A stretch of 64,000 nucleotides of DNA from Basidiobolus meristosporus CBS 931.73 (lineage: Eukaryota > Fungi > Basidiobolomycota), in contig MCFE01000404.1 in the NCBI GenBank assembly GCA_002104905.1, forward strand, positions 16,931-80,930, in the 5' to 3' direction. The notes under the pieces were generated by a model, which saw only the letters and a program-made list of their open reading frames with translations, ran no database searches and was not told where the DNA came from. The position numbers were made by a program, and so were the translations under genes. Positions 13,201-28,188 of this stretch are shown one piece after another; the first letter of the stretch is position 1, and each line of letters starts with the position of its first letter.

Positions 13201-16200
13201 GGCAAGACTAGTATAGATCTGGCTGGCCTCTTGGAGCTCTACGAATTGTTGGAAGATCTGCAACAGAGGAATGTGAGAGCTCGACACAATGTCAGGCAAG
13301 AAATGCCATTTCTTCAGAGAAGCCTGGATTCCTTCATCGCAGAGCCTCTGGAATTCGGCCGATTTCACATCAGCATTCTCCTCAGAGCCGGACAGTACTA
13401 AAAATGCGTCAAATACTCTTCTGCGAGGTGAGGCCGTATCGGGAGTAGACTGTAAGATCTTCTCTACCGCATCTCGCTCCGCTGTCCAATCGCTGGTCCG
13501 CCAGGCGCAATCGAGTAACAAGTCGTAGTTGTTGTCGTGTTTCGCGAGGTCTCCCAGAATATCCCACTGTTGAAGCTTTTGGGTGCAAATGATCCAATGG
13601 TCTTCCCAGAGGTAGTATTCGGATTCGCTAAAAGCAAGTGCTCCCGTTCTGGCTTTCGACTGTGCGTTCTCGTACATGGCTTGGGCCTGAGCCCACATTC
13701 CCATCTGCTCGTATGAGATTGCGGCCACTGTCTCAGGGTACAGGCAACGGCGCTTCCACATTCCGAAATACATGTCGTCCTCAGAAAGGGTGGAATAAAG
13801 CTCGGCAATGGCATCCAACGTGCTCTCACGAAGTTTGTCATTCTCCTTCGCTCCCGAGGTATCTATCAGTGTGACATCATATAACGATTTCTGCAGAATC
13901 TCGATGGCTACGTGCCAGGCATTATAGGTTTTCCCTAGATATTTGACCAACTGCGGTGGCAACAATAGCGATGGTGAGCATCTCAAGATACTCTCGAGAA
14001 GAGCTTGTATGACATTAGGCCGGACGTCCGCTTGCTTGGTGTGATAGCTCTTGGCCAACAGAGTGATCAACGACTTGGATAGTTCATTTCGTTCATCAGA
14101 GCTCAACGAGGCCCAACACAGAGGGAAAACATCAATCCAGAGCTTGAACGTCACCTCGACATCTAGATGTAGCAATTGCCTCAAAGGAGCAACGATGTCT
14201 TCCAATCTAAGCTTACGTGTTTCCTTGAGAAACTCGTTATGCTGCTCAATCATGTCCTTGAGCTCTTGAGTGGCCGAGTCCGACGTATTATCGGCTTGGT
14301 CGGAAAACTTGTTGACACTAGATTTCAGAGATGTTGTCTGCAGGCTGTGTGGAGCGGGGGTGAGCATCTTCTTGGGCGACACAATCCCAAGCAGGATGTC
14401 AAGCGCCTGTTGAATCCAGAACTTCGAGGCGAGGTATTCCCAGTTCTGTATCCCAAGCACGTAGTTCAAGCGCGTGTAGAGCGATTTCGCAATGCTACGA
14501 TCGAATATGGCTGCGAATTGATTGTGAAGGGTAGGATTCTCCACTCTTGCGCCAAACAAAAACGCTTGCTCCAGTCTGACCGTGAGTTCAGACCGCGCAA
14601 AGGAAGGATCGTTGTAGATACTGACAACCAATTTGAGGTAGTCTTCAACCAGAGATTTGTCGGTTCGGTTTTCGAAGCACATCATCGTGACCATCAGATT
14701 GGCCTTTTCCTTCATCGTAGGGAACGCTTCAGCCTTGTCTTGCACCCATTCGGTGACCATGTCAAGAATCGCTCTGGAGAGCTCGTTGTCGGAGCTTTTC
14801 TCGATGAGTTGTATCAACGAAGTAAGATACCAGCGTCTTTGATCACCGAGGTGCGAGATCCTCAATTTCATCAATTTCAAAGACATGATGAGGATGGGAA
14901 GTGACGGATCACCAGTAAGTGTACCTTGCGATACGTTGTTCTGCAGTGAGATATGGTCTTTCGTCAGCTTAAGAATGAGCTTCCCAAGTGCAGGGATGAC
15001 ATTATCTATCAATTCCGGGCGGTTTTCGCTCGACGCGCTCAACAGGGTCAACGCCGCATATAAATTGGTCAGATTCTGCAACCCATCCTGAACAATGGAA
15101 TCGATAGTAGCGGTGAATGCGTTCATCTCATCCGTCGCCTCCTCATTATTGGGAATCGCTCGATAGATCCTGGTGAGTATGGGCTCGAGGTTCTTCATGA
15201 GCTTTGTGTTTTCACTTTTAACGCATTTTTCCAGCAAAGCATGCAGCTGGCCGATGTTGTTGCAGAACCATTCGTCCGGCTTGCCGCCGATGATGACATC
15301 CAAGACTTCGAGTGCGTTACAAACCGATGGCAGATTGGCTTCAGAATACTCCATTTGGACCAAAGTTCGTTCAAAGTAGCCCAACTTCGTGTGAACTTCA
15401 GACCATAGCTGAGGACTAATAAACTCCCGAATCAGATTGAGGGTGCGTAGTGGGAGGCCTTTCTTGGAGATTGGCTCGCTAGACGAACAGGTAAAGCGAA
15501 TGAGATAACTAATCACACTCTCCCTTAGGCTTGAATTAAGGGTGTATTCCTTGGTATGGCTTTCGCCATGCTGAGGTTTGACATCCACGCTGACTGATTG
15601 CTCAAGCTGGATCCGCTTTTGCGCGGATCCCTCGCTGTCATGCTCCAGCGGGCGCTTCCCGAAAGCGTTCTCTTTTTCTGAGGAGGAAGCGTCGTTGGGC
15701 AAGACAGCCATGGCCTTCTTCTCCCATTTCAGTATCAACTCGGCAAGATCCACCGTCAATGTTTTCGTCTCCGCGGTGGAGTTTTGCAAAAGCCCCAGTT
15801 TGGCCAGAGTATTGACGATTTGTGGAAAGGAAGTGCTCGCGGCTCTCATAAAAGAGATCTGGGTGTCGTACCAAGAGCTGGTAGACATTCACTAGTTGAG
15901 AGACACTTTGACCTTCTTCTACCAGCACACGTTTGGTCCAGCGAGCCCACGTGGGGAACTTCTGATCGGCAGCATTGTTTGGAATGCGTTTGGGTAGGAC
16001 GGGCGTAACAATGTCTAGGGCCTGTCGTACGAGTGATCGTGCCTCTGACTGGTGAGCCTTCAAAAGGGCAACGTAGATTTGAATGATAATCTTGCTGGGC
16101 GTTTCATAGGCAGCAATAAACCGAGCAATCAAAAGATAAGCAGCCTGCTTCGCCGTGATGTCATCCAGCTTCAGGAAATTCCAGCCGAACTTGATAACAT

Positions 16201-19200
16201 CCTTGCGGGCATCCGTTATCAGATGCGACGCGTATTGAATGATTAGAGTGGTCATCTGGAGCAACTCGATTTTCAGGAAATCTCCCGAGTGGTGGCATTC
16301 CTCTGGTGATTCCAACGAGAGAGGATGCCATATCTTGGTATGGATTTGCTCTATCATTGCCTCGTCGATGATTTCGGAGTACTCGTTGCGGGTGAAAGCC
16401 ACCAGAAGCATGGGGTTGATGATCATCTTCAATGCGTGTGTCTTAATGCCAGAGGTGGTAGAGATGTCATCGAAGAGTGTCAGGAATTTGGTGAAGATTG
16501 CCTTCTTTTGTGCTGAGGAGTATTTGAGCGCGACTTCCTCATAAAAGAATCGTTTCAAGAACGTAAAATCGATCACAGTCTCCGTGACAAACACCTGCAC
16601 CAGCTCAAACAGTAAATCAACCTCCATAGGCTCCTTTTTCAAGTAACTAATGAACACTTCGCACAAGTAAAGAGTTTCGCGCAAATGAGAAAGACTCATA
16701 TTCTCCTCCTGGTTGAGCCTTTGCTGTCTCCCGGGGGAACGCCAAAGCTTGAGCAGCACGTCAAAGACGTTGCTGTTCTGGCCAAGCCATTCCGGGTGGA
16801 AATTTCCAATGACCTTGACAATCAGGATGCATTGGAATTGCGACTCGTTCAGATTAGGTGCCTGCAGGTTTTGTGGGGCTATTTTGTCAATCAACTTTTC
16901 AGTATTCTTCATGACTTCTGCTCTCAGTGCAGACGCATCTTCCATATTCAGTATGCTGATGAACAAGCTACTATACTTCTCATCGGCAAGCCTTTCGTAG
17001 AAGTAATCGATCGCCTCGGCAGCATAACGGTTCAAAAACTTGATGAGAGGCTTTCGGAAGGGGCTGGAAATCGAGCGTCGTAGGTGCACCTCCGATTCCA
17101 GAGTGACTGTAATCAAATCATTCAGGAAGATATTGGCAGTGGCTGGTAGAAGATAGAAAACATCCAAAATCGCAACAATGATTTTAATGTCATGGTTCTC
17201 GCTAAGCGGCTTCGAAGCGGCCTCCTGAAGCATACCAGGCTCGGCCCAAGATCTCAAGTGGTCCAATAGCTTCTTTCCAATCTCTACTTTGAAGTAATTC
17301 GTTAGAAGCTCCAAAAGCCGTGCCAGCCCTTCTAGTGCCGCCACAGATAACCTCTTATGGTCCGATAGATTCATGAGAATTGGCCTTAGGCCCGCCTGCA
17401 GTAGATCCTTAGGAAGCTTGTGTTGCTGAGCTAAAACTTGCTTTAACCCTTTATTAGCAACCTCGACGACTTCCGGTGATTTGGAATAGAGAGACTTGAA
17501 GAAAACGGATATAATTCTGGCCCGCGTTGTATTCTGTCGTGGCGAGCAGAAATCCGAACATGCCATGGCGGCAGAGAGCAGTTTGATGCACACGATACGC
17601 AGATTGGTCAACGAAGATGCGTTCTTGTGCTGGGTGGGTCGGCTTACAAGCGCCTGGTCCTCCGCATCGGCTAACGCCAGAGCCTCATGGAGAAGTCGGA
17701 TAAGCTCGTCATTAACTTCGAGGAATGGCGGACGAAGGGAAAGACAGTACGTGATAGCATCAATATTTCCGATTTGCATGGCGAATGGCAACGCACGAAG
17801 TGGTTTGGTGAAGATAGGAAACAGTAACCGCTCACGAACGGGGGACAATAACTCCGTGACCTCACTTCCAGTCAGATCAGCAAGAAGTTGAAATGATGAT
17901 TGTATTGTTTCCCGCACCGCGCTGTTGGGGTTGGATAACTCGGAGATTAGAAGGCCGATCAGATTGTTAAACTTGGTCTGCTGCTCCTGCGATTCCTCAT
18001 TATCCTCTGGGCGATTACAAACCTTGAGGACGTGCGAAAGAGTTTGGGTAGCATCTTCAATATTGCCAGTCGCCAGCTCTGGCGACATATCCTTAAGGAT
18101 GTATAACAATGACTTGACGAACTCCAACTCATGCTCCAACATCCAGCGAGCCCCCATATCAAGCTGAGAGCTTAAGATCGAAATACCCAGGCAACCACCG
18201 CTTTTCTTGAACCATTCTTGCTTATAGCAACAAGAGCAAAAATTGGAGGCAAAGGTGTGGAAGATTGGAAGCTTCCCGACAAATTCCTTTCCGCCCAGTG
18301 CAGTAACACAAGTGTCATATACAATTTGAAGTGAGCTCTCGGCCAGTTTACGGTGCTGGACATTTTCGGATGTCATGACCTCTACTATTGCCTCAACTAT
18401 GATGTTGCTATCAAGGTCGGACTCGTTCAAAGGCTTGGTAGACAATAATTTTCCCTGCTTTTCAGCCTGCGAAAGGCCTTCGATTACTTGTAAAAGTGCA
18501 AAATGGCGGCAAAGCTTTTCGAGGAAGGGCTGTGCTTCTGTAGTCAATTCTGGAATGACAGCAGCTGCAAACAAAGAAACAATAGCTGCCTGTAGCGTGC
18601 TCTCTTGAACTGCTTTCTTTTTCAAATTGCCTTTAACAGAACGGTTCTGGTTTGGCTGTTTAACGGATGGCTGATCCTCATTCATATCTAGAAGCTTGGA
18701 TTCCCCGGTAGCCTCAGTAGGCTGACTTGCAGAAATATACGTGACCCCTTGAGAGATAAGTTCAGGCAAACTGTCATTACATTCATCCAAGTTCACCAAT
18801 AGAGCGATACAACCCCGGACAAAGAGGAACGCCTGGGTTTGATAATAACTAGTACTGTTGGAATTCTGGAGTACTTGAGTTGCGAGCTTTAAGCAATTAT
18901 CCAACGGGATCACCTGGGCAGACGTTATTGGCTCCATATAAAGCTGAACATCAATCCCATTCTCGGTGGATTCATGATAGGTGAGCTGTGGTGCCTCTTT
19001 GAGCATACGACGATTTCTGCCACCGAGCTTTCCCAGAATTCGCATGGCAATATGCCCATTGCTTTGGTTGCTGGGAAACGGCTTCAGGTGCTTCCACAGA
19101 GCTGACATCAAGTCGTTCATTACTGGTGCTATAATGGGGTCTAGGAATTCTTGCGTGAGATTATCTATACATAACTCCAATGTCCTGAGGCCTTGGGCGG

Positions 19201-22200
19201 CAAGATCAGGTCCCGATTGAAGTGCTAACACCAGTGGCTTCATAAGGAAGGATAGGTATGGCAAAAGGACGCTCAATCGGACAGGCACTGTAAGACATAA
19301 TTCCACAAAAAGATCGCGCATGTTGTCTTTGTGGGCCAAGGATAGCAAAGAATTCAGTCCTTCAAACAACACCTGTAGGAGAGGCAACACCTCTTTGTAG
19401 AGCAACTCGTATCTACCACCAGCAATATGTCGGAATAGAGCTCGAAGCAGTAGGAAATAGTTGATCGGCTCTTTTGCTTTGGTGGAGAGCTTCATGGATG
19501 AAATGATGATGTTGCCGATGTGAGGCTGAAGAATACTCTCATTGGTATCGGGGAAGTTGGTTAGAGCCACAAAAGTCATCTTGAATAACCGCAAGATGAC
19601 TGAAGCACAAAGCTTATCAGGACCTCCTAGCTTTTCGAATCGATCAACTAAGAAACGTAGCAAAGCACCTGAAAAGCTCTGCGTCACCGAGTCGTTGGAT
19701 AAGAAGAACTGTGGTATCTCAAGTATGGAGGGGTTGACCAGTATCTGATCAAACACAAAGCACATCTGTGAAGTAAACACCTCTTGGAATACTGCCAGAT
19801 CAATCTGAACAAAAACATTCGCAAATTGATCCAACAAGTCCTTTTCTTCTTTGGAGCTTGGCCCAACTCTGGAATCGAGGGTCTTGGGGGTAGAATCGGC
19901 ACTTATATTGTCGATATTGTAGTAGTCAAAGCACTGCACGCCCTCCTTCAAGAGTCTGATGAAAATGTTCACTTCCTCTTGCGAGAATCCACGTGCAATC
20001 GAATTGGTCTCTTGGCCGTCCTGAGCAGCACTACCTGTTGGATTACATTGTCTCAGCCCATACATGATCGTCTTGAGGCCAGAAATCAAGCTTCTGAATA
20101 TAAATCTCCCATCTGGAAGAAAGGGTTATGTTAGCTGGATAGCACCTATGTACGAAGTCACGGCAATGGGGGGAAACCTTTCACAGGATCATTATTGGAG
20201 TCATTAGAGGCGCTTGTGTTGGGTGTCGAGCGAAGCCGCTCGAAATCAATGTCTTCGTTGCTTGTGGGGCTCTCAGATGATCCGGAGGTTGAGGGTTTCT
20301 TTTTGTTAAATTGCCTCAACACTTCGGGAAATGACAGATTGAGGGCGCCAAATTTGTTGGTGAAAGTGTCGAGAATCTTGATCAGCAAGCTTCGGCCTAG
20401 ATCGAACGTGGAGAGGAAGATGAATTCCTATTCAAATTACAGTGTGCGTTGGCTCCCCTAACCTTCAACTTTGTTTGGCATACTGATTATGCAGTCAATC
20501 AAATTGAGCAACAGTTTGGCACAAATTCCCTGGATGCTAGATGGAAGTGTAGGATCATGCAAGTTCCGGGAATAAATATAAACAGCTCGTGAAATCTGAG
20601 CCGTGCTTAGTTCCCCCCGGACGTGGTGGATCAGATCAGCAAGCATGCTATATGCCAGTGGTCTAAGAGACAGATAGGTGTTTAGAAAATGCCTGGTTTA
20701 CGCGTCCATCGACTGCTGATTGCGTCCGAAAGTACCTCAAGGTTTCGTGTGATGTAACTCCTGTGCCAACTAGAATTTTTTCATTCAACAAGACATCAAT
20801 CTTACTAACAAAAGCAGTTCTAAACTCTGTAGATAAGATGTGTCTAGTCGCCACTAGAAGCTCCTACGCAATCATCAGCAAACCTTTACACTTATTTGGA
20901 ACCTATAAAGGAACTAACCTTTCTCGTGGCAGATGCCTCGGGGGGACAGTCACTAAGAAGGCGGATCAAACAGTCAGGGATTTTTGTTTGATATGGCCGC
21001 ACTGCTGCTGGATAACCTCTCAAGAAGTAGGCCACAAGGGACATAGTCTAGATGTAGACGACCGGAGTTGGCCCTCAGTATTCTATGCATCAGCAATATG
21101 CAAAGTGGACACGTACCTTGACTTGTGAGGCAATAAATTCCGAATACGCCACTCTGTTTTTTATCACTGGACTAACTCCTATGAACACTTCGCCTTTAGC
21201 ATTGGCAGCAGCATGCGCCTCTGCCTGAGGTTTGGCCTGAAGACTGAGGGCCTGTGGATATAGAGAGGTGAGAATTCTAGAACGGCCAAAGCTCCTGTTT
21301 GCCCAACCGATACGTACGTTGACAATCAATGGAATAAATATCTGGACATAGGTCGGTATATATGTTCGATAAGACTGAAACAGTAACACCACTATGATCG
21401 GACACTCTGTCAGCACCTTAAAACTGTTGAGACTCTTGGGCAAGACCTTTTGTGGCACCTCAGACACATCAGAAGCGGGTGAGGTGGGTCTTGGGGATGT
21501 CAAAGATAACGAGCTTCCCTAAGTTGGAAAAGGTTAACAATTGCTTCGGTGAGTTGGGAAATAGTACCGTATATTACAGTCCCGAATGGAGTTCCAGGTG
21601 AATCGAAGAAATCAGCGACAGTTTGCTCCATATTTTTATACATCTCTTGAACTAAGTCAAGAATAGGCTTCACTTGATCCTCCAATATATTTTTGTAGCT
21701 CCGATGGAGGTCAATGATGACTTTTAAACAAACAAGGGCGTTATCTTCGTTCTCGATGCGAAGCAAGACCAACAACATTTTAAGAAGGTCGGGAGCGTAG
21801 CTTCGTAAAGCCTCGTTTTGTGGAAATCTGTGGATAATTTCCAGAATGGTGTTTCTCAATTTCTAGGTGGCATGTTAACGAAATCCATCCCTGCACCAGG
21901 CCAAATATCGAAACTCGAGGCGTACCTGTTCGGGTGCATTGCTGACGAAAACCGGTGCTCCTTTAGTGAGGATATCAGAAAAGACCTTCATCAAGACCGA
22001 CAAGAATCGAGGGTATTCTACGGATTGGAATATTTCCACGGAATCACGTAGCTCCAAGGCAATAGTCACTTTAAGCTTAACATCTGGCACAATGTGAATC
22101 AAAGATTAATCAGGGGGAGGTCTTTCTTAGCTGGCCAGATAAAATATGAACCTAGGTTTGGATCAGCGAGGCGAGTGGCATAAACCTCGCAGTTAAGAAC

Positions 22201-22215
22201 TCCTGGAGGAGCCAT
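10280..22215 (-). CDS. TRA1: Tra1/TRRAP PIKK pseudokinase (SAGA/NuA4 subunit), multi-exon, one apparent +1 frameshift at about 15827
   Basis: Starts MAPPGVLNCEVYATRLADPNL (ATG 22215). HEAT region (LRNTILEIIHRFPQNEALR, NLSDHKRLSVAALEGLARLLELLTNYFKVEIGKKLL), FAT ([22 protein letters not shown]), PI3K-like (PFRFTPNIQ) and FATC (LSQMDCMWMQWL). Confidence 0.97.
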
Positions 22216-23559
22216 TTTTGTGTGAACGACGACAGCGGTGTGCGAGATCGACTATTGGCCAAACACAAATCTTACTCTATCTAGGAAACGTGTGTGTTAT
22301 CGATAAAAAGCAACTTTTATCAATGTGTTGGAAGGCTAACAATCAAGTTAGTCTCCTTTCTAACTTGCCAAAGAGTGATTAAACGAATCAAGTGAACTTG
22401 GCGGTGCTCGCGCTCGCGTTTATAAAATGTCTAATTCGGAATCACAATATCAACCCAGCCAATATTCTTGACGATATGAGAATTCTGTTTGATGCAACGG
22501 TGCATCAAAAATTTGCGCAATATCGTCTGTTTATTTTTTGACTGGAGTACATCTGAGATCTGGCACAATAGCATACACTGAAGCGCAACGAATTTCTTAG
22601 TTGTGTAGATTGGTTAACTTTTGAATAAATACGAAGAATTCGAGTACAATCTGGAGAATGGCTTCAATTTTCAACATTCTCAATAGCAATATTTTCACAA
22701 ATCTATGTTGCCCACGTCACAGAGAACCCTCCTGAGATGATGATAATAAAATGTAGATTACCTTGCGATAGGTTAAACTAAGCCACGAGGTGAATAGCTC
22801 TGCTTCACCCTTTTCTTTTCTATATTGTCACAGAAGCCAAGATGTTTGAAGGAAGAATCGTAATACCTTTTCGTGCATGATGAATCCGACTTTCGACTGA
22901 CACCAAAGTCTGTTTTCTTTTTGGCAGGATTTTACCGGACAAAAGCTTGCCGATCAACTTTACCAGAGCGTGCTGGTTATTTCCGCGGTTGGTTTCTTTA
23001 ACCTATTCAAAGAATCACATTGGTTTTGGACGTTGATGCGTTAGTCAAAAATAGGTGGTTGCATTCATTGCAGGCTATTTGTCTCAGTCACACGTTATAA
23101 TGCTTGAGGTATTTGGAGCAGGAATCTTGCTTACTTTACTGGTAAGTTGGCCAAAACACTTCACCTTATCGACTTGAAATAACCGACGAAACGTTGGTAT
23201 TCTTTCTAGTTGGTTGTACCCCCCTGGCCCATGTACAACAAAAATCCACTCAACTGGCTACCCTCCGTAAAAAAATCCAAGTAGTCCTCTGTCTTCCACA
23301 ATTCCATCCGTTTATTGTGTTGTAAGACTAAACCTATAAAGCCAGCTATGCGATCATATATATCATCTCAACAGCAGTTTGATAAAAGGAAGCGGAATAT
23401 TCATCTGTATAACAATTTATTTACTCGTATACACAGGTCCCTCTATATATACACGGGCAGGGAAGGGGAGTTGGAGTAAATACCACAGAGAGCTATCTTA
23501 CAACTGAAGCTTATTGGTCAACAAAGAGGGGATGCTATATACAAAATATCATAATGTGA

Positions 23560-24833
23560 TCAGTGCTTGGCATCAAGGCTTTGAATCCATTCATCGGCCA
23601 AGATATCCTCCATTGTGGCACGGAGGCTTGGGTTGGGCTCAAGCATCTTCTTCAAAATGGTAGCGGCCCCTGATGGGATCTTGTTGAAAAACCGGTCTAC
23701 TTTCCTATGCTCCAAATAGAGCTTGTAGGATTTGTCATTTGACAGGGCAACGTCCCAAGGGTGCCTCTTCAAGATCATTGAGATGTAAACGATCGCTGCT
23801 GACCAGATGTCAGATTTTCTGACATCATATGGCCTTCCGGTGAAAATCTCTGGTGCAATATATGGGTCGGAGCCACAAACGTCCTCAACGAGCTTGGGAT
23901 CATAGCCAAACGTTTTGAAAACCACTGCGCATCCAAAGTCGATGATTTTGGCATCACCGCTCCCATCCACACAGATGTTTTCCAATTTGAGATCACGATG
24001 GCCGAAACCTCGGCTATGGAGGTAGAACAGACCACGGAGAAGCTGAATGAAGTATTTCCCGGCTAATTCAGCCGAAATCTCCCCAGAGCTAACTATTCCG
24101 AAGAGATCCGACGGGTAATATGGCATCACCTGGTGGATTTCTCCGTCCTCAAGTATGACATCCTGAACATCAACAATATTCGGATGCTTGATGGAGGCGG
24201 CAAGAAATATCTCATTGCTGAGCCACTCGTAGTACCGAGTTTCACTCTCGCTTGAAAACCGTTTTCTAAAAGTTTTTACCGCGTACTTCTATGGTGAAAC
24301 GTTAGCGAGAGCGCGACAACGGGAACATCAACAAAAAACGTTACCTGGCCATTTGATTCCGAATTCGTGAGCTGCACATTTCCACCGTTCCCAGTGCCAA
24401 TCACCTTCTCAAATGGGCCATAGTTGTCTTTGAGCAACGGCCCGCGTCTCTTTTCCAAGGCCTCCACAAGAGGCAGTGCCTTTTTCTTTTGAGGGAAGAT
24501 GTTCTTTAACTGAGAGATAAATGCAAAGCGGCTTTTCCTGTTTGGTTTGGCAGGAGTAGGATTTATGTCGGTAAACACGAAACGACTGGGTACTTTGGCT
24601 ACGTCAATAGCAAATTCTTCGTGCTCAGAGTGATCACTTGAAGAAGAATGAATCGAGGAGCATGACGTTACGGTCGAGTAGTTGTCCAGCGACAGAGTGG
24701 ACGAGGGTTTTGACAACGGAAGAAATTTCGGAGAGGGTTCATGGGTTGGGAATTGAAACGGCTGAGAGAAAGTATATACAGCGTTGTCTAAACAGGGGAT
24801 CTCAACAATCTTGACGGGACTTCTGCTTGGCAT
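23560..24833 (-). CDS. Ser/Thr protein kinase, HAL/NPR/SAT4-like, 1 intron
   Basis: IGTGNGGNV, intron, YAVKTF...HPNIV...HRDLKLEN...KIIDFG...CGSDPYIAPE...DIWS. Confidence 0.9.
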
Positions 24834-25760
24834 TTGGACAAGGAACTATACAAAACGAAATCAATGCCACCTAACGAAGAGTACGGCTCACCACCCGTTG
24901 AACAACAAATATGCCGATCCGCACAATGCTACGGTGATTATATATATTGGACCAAGTGACCTGCGGAAAAAAGGAATTGTAATGATTAGCAGTCAAACCG
25001 CTGAATCCATTACTAATTCCTTGATTACCCAGAAAAACCGGATTAACCTACGGCGAAAGATTGGCTGATAATACATGAATCAGCACTAATCATATCATCA
25101 TGGTAAACGGCAATGCCGAATTACACGAGCCAAGTAATGACATCGCTTAGCCATCAATCATCCGCCGCAGCAAGAAGAGCAGGCATTGAATATTTTCATC
25201 CAAAAACATGTGCTAACCAGGCGACTGTGGCTGAACGCCTTACATGAAAACCCAGAGAAAAATCACTGCAAGTATGACCAAGATCCCTACACTAGCCCAA
25301 ACCATGGCCTCGTAATACAGACATCATCATCATGATGATTGTGCATTCGGCAGATTTAAGGGGATCGGGAACTGAGTTGTTCCTTGCTTCCAAGAATGTT
25401 CCCAAGAAAAATCTGTAACACAACAAGCCCACCGGCAGATCCGCACGAAGTTCAACCAACCCCGCCGAAAGTTGGCGCCAAGGACCACTTTCGAATAAAT
25501 AAACACCCGTTGCGGAAAAATTAGCGCTTGGTGGCCACGAACGCCCTTGGTCTCCATCTGAAATCAACCTAACGTAAGCCTTCCAAGTGCCCCCAAACAG
25601 ATGCGCCGAATCTCATTTGGAACAAATTAGATGGATATTTATTGAGTTCTAATTACATTAAGGATGTACATTTACCAATTGTGGAGATGTGGATCACGGA
25701 AATGGTTAAATCAATGATCAGGATGTGATGAGTGACAAAATGAAGGCCAATGGGATCCGC

Positions 25761-26408
25761 TTAATCGTAACCTTGAAGAAGATAGACAAGCTCTGGAGCC
25801 CACTTCTCCCAGCATTCCTCAGCGCAAAGATTGTCAGTGCTGTCCCGGAAGTTCTCGAGATCCTTCAAGTAATCCTGGCGAAGCTTGTTGAGAGTGGCCT
25901 TGTCAACATCTTTACCAAGGATCTTGGTGACTGCAGCCCAGATGAGTTGGTCGTATTTGCCATTCTCCTCGGATTCTCCCTTGATTTCCTTGATAACACC
26001 TTCACGGGTACGCTGCAAAACATCATCCAGATAGTAAATAATAGATCCTGGGGAGCCGCACACTTCGGAGCAGTAGTAGTTGGGGCATCCAGGTGTGTCG
26101 ACCTTGTAGCATCGTGCATGATATTTGCCGAAAATCCCATAATCCATGATGCCGTGCATCTTCTCCATCAGGGCCTGCTTGGATTTGAAGAAGGCGTTCT
26201 TGAGATTGGCTTCAAGAGCGATGTGAGTTCGGACTTCGTAGCCGAAGGTGGCTTTGACGTTGGTTTCGAAGTTGTCGAATAGCTCAGTGACTAAGGGAGT
26301 GTACTTCTCGATAAAGTCGCGGTCGGCTGCTTGGCGACATTCGTTTTCACAGGCGGATGCAACACCCAAAAGACCAGCAGCAAAAAGGAAAGATTTGAAG
26401 AATTTCAT
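25761..26408 (-). CDS. Secreted Cys-rich protein of unknown function, paralog 1
   Basis: Signal-like N-terminus, then CENEC...HARC...GCPNYYCSEVCGSPGSIIYYL...C...C. Intronless; two paralogs in the window. Confidence 0.85.
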   Translation of the reverse strand: MKFFKSFLFAAGLLGVASACENECRQAADRDFIEKYTPLVTELFDNFETNVKATFGYEVRTHIALEANLKNAFFKSKQALMEKMHGIMDYGIFGKYHARCYKVDTPGCPNYYCSEVCGSPGSIIYYLDDVLQRTREGVIKEIKGESEENGKYDQLIWAAVTKILGKDVDKATLNKLRQDYLKDLENFRDSTDNLCAEECWEKWAPELVYLLQGYD

Positions 26409-28188
26409 TTGAATTCTGGCAAAGTATGTGTGCTAACCGAGGGGACAAACAGCGGGAGATTGGAAGAATGACGTGACTTCGGATGAGTGAGGTGGAGGGT
26501 GTTGACTAGGGTTTTATAGAAGAAGCAGGATCAGCCAAAACCTCGCTCGCTGATGCGGATTACTACTTTAGTCAGTCTATTCACCAGATACATTTCCCTT
26601 TTTACTCGTCAATCAAGCCCCATCTGTCACATCACACAACATATCATGGGTTCTATTAAAAGAGGGATGAGGGAAATAAATCATCGATATATTTATATTA
26701 CTCAACAACGACATCAAATGAGGGAGCAATATGGTCATTTTTCTCGTTTGGGGATATTCTTGTTGCTACATCCCATGCGGTTGATTGGACGCAGCGTGGT
26801 TTTTGGGGTGAAAAATAGGCATGCTCGTGATTGATGAATATTGATGTAATGAGCCATGGGCTGCTAAACAATTACCGCATGAATATATGTGGTTGAGAAG
26901 GCGGCTGAAGTCGCTCTAGGCTCATTCATTCGTCAATGACTAGTTGGCGGAATTGAACTATATCCAAGCATTAGGATTAATGTGAGTATATTGGAGATTG
27001 CATCAACACTATACTTAGATCTCCCCAATATAGGCTGGGAGGTTAATTAATAGCCAGCAAGAGTTAAAAATACTTGGTGGCATATTCTCTGTCGCACTGC
27101 CGCGGCTATTTTCCCCTCCGTGAGGTGTTTTGGCCAAGAGCTAGCCAAATGTACAGAGAAGCCACCTTGTTTATACACGCACCATGCTCTCGGGATGGAA
27201 TTTGGGGGGATGCAATCTAAAGCTCAATATGTCGAGCTGTACGAATCTTGTTTGTTAAGCTGTACTTGAAACCTCTTCGCCCTGGGTTGCTTGATTTGTA
27301 CGGAGTGTTATACTGTTCGAGTTGAACAAGATAAAACAAGGAACTCGCCACCTCAAAGCTTTCCAATATTGGTCAAAGGTAACATCAGCCGAATAGTATG
27401 TTGTTCTAGTCGCAAATAACTTGATTCCACCTGTGTTTTACTTGAGACCTCATTGACTGTGGTGACTCCTGGAATAGCTCTTTGCTGCATAGACTTCAAA
27501 CCTTTCGGGGAGCTGGGATGACGCTTGGATATAACTGATATGCACACCAAATAGCTCTATCATATCAACGCCCGAAAATACCGAAAAGGGAATAGAGCAC
27601 TGATAAATACACGGTTTCGTTATGTTTGACATTACTAAATGGCATTTAGCGGAAGACAGGCATAACGACCATTGTAATATGTAAACAATTAATCCAAATC
27701 CTTAAACCAGTTAGTTAAATTGCAAACCGTGATTCCATCAATGCAGATACTTGTGTATGAGAAGATTCCTCCCTATTGCACTTGTTGGATTGGATCGAGT
27801 GATTGCTAGATCTGTTTTCCGTGTTACGATATGCTCTAGTGGTGATAATCTCAGTAATGGTTTAAAAATAGCCCGCGTTGGCTCGAAGCGCAGCCAATTA
27901 CTGATCATGTCCAGAGTTGGTTGCGTGTGTTTAAAATAGCCGTGGTACAGAGGTTGGGTTGAAAATAGTACACGTACTCGTGTGTAAGCCGAGAAACACG
28001 ATCGAACCTATATTGGAAATAAATCAGAAAGAGGTTCAGAAAGCAGTACGCGATTTCCCATATTTGGCAATCGGATTGACTCTTGGCAGCTCGGACTAGA
28101 TTCCTCGGAATGGTATAAGTACAAAACGAATCCCGATCCCAAGAAATAAAGAGGTTAGAATTGGTCTCTGTTCAGCAACATTAGTTAA

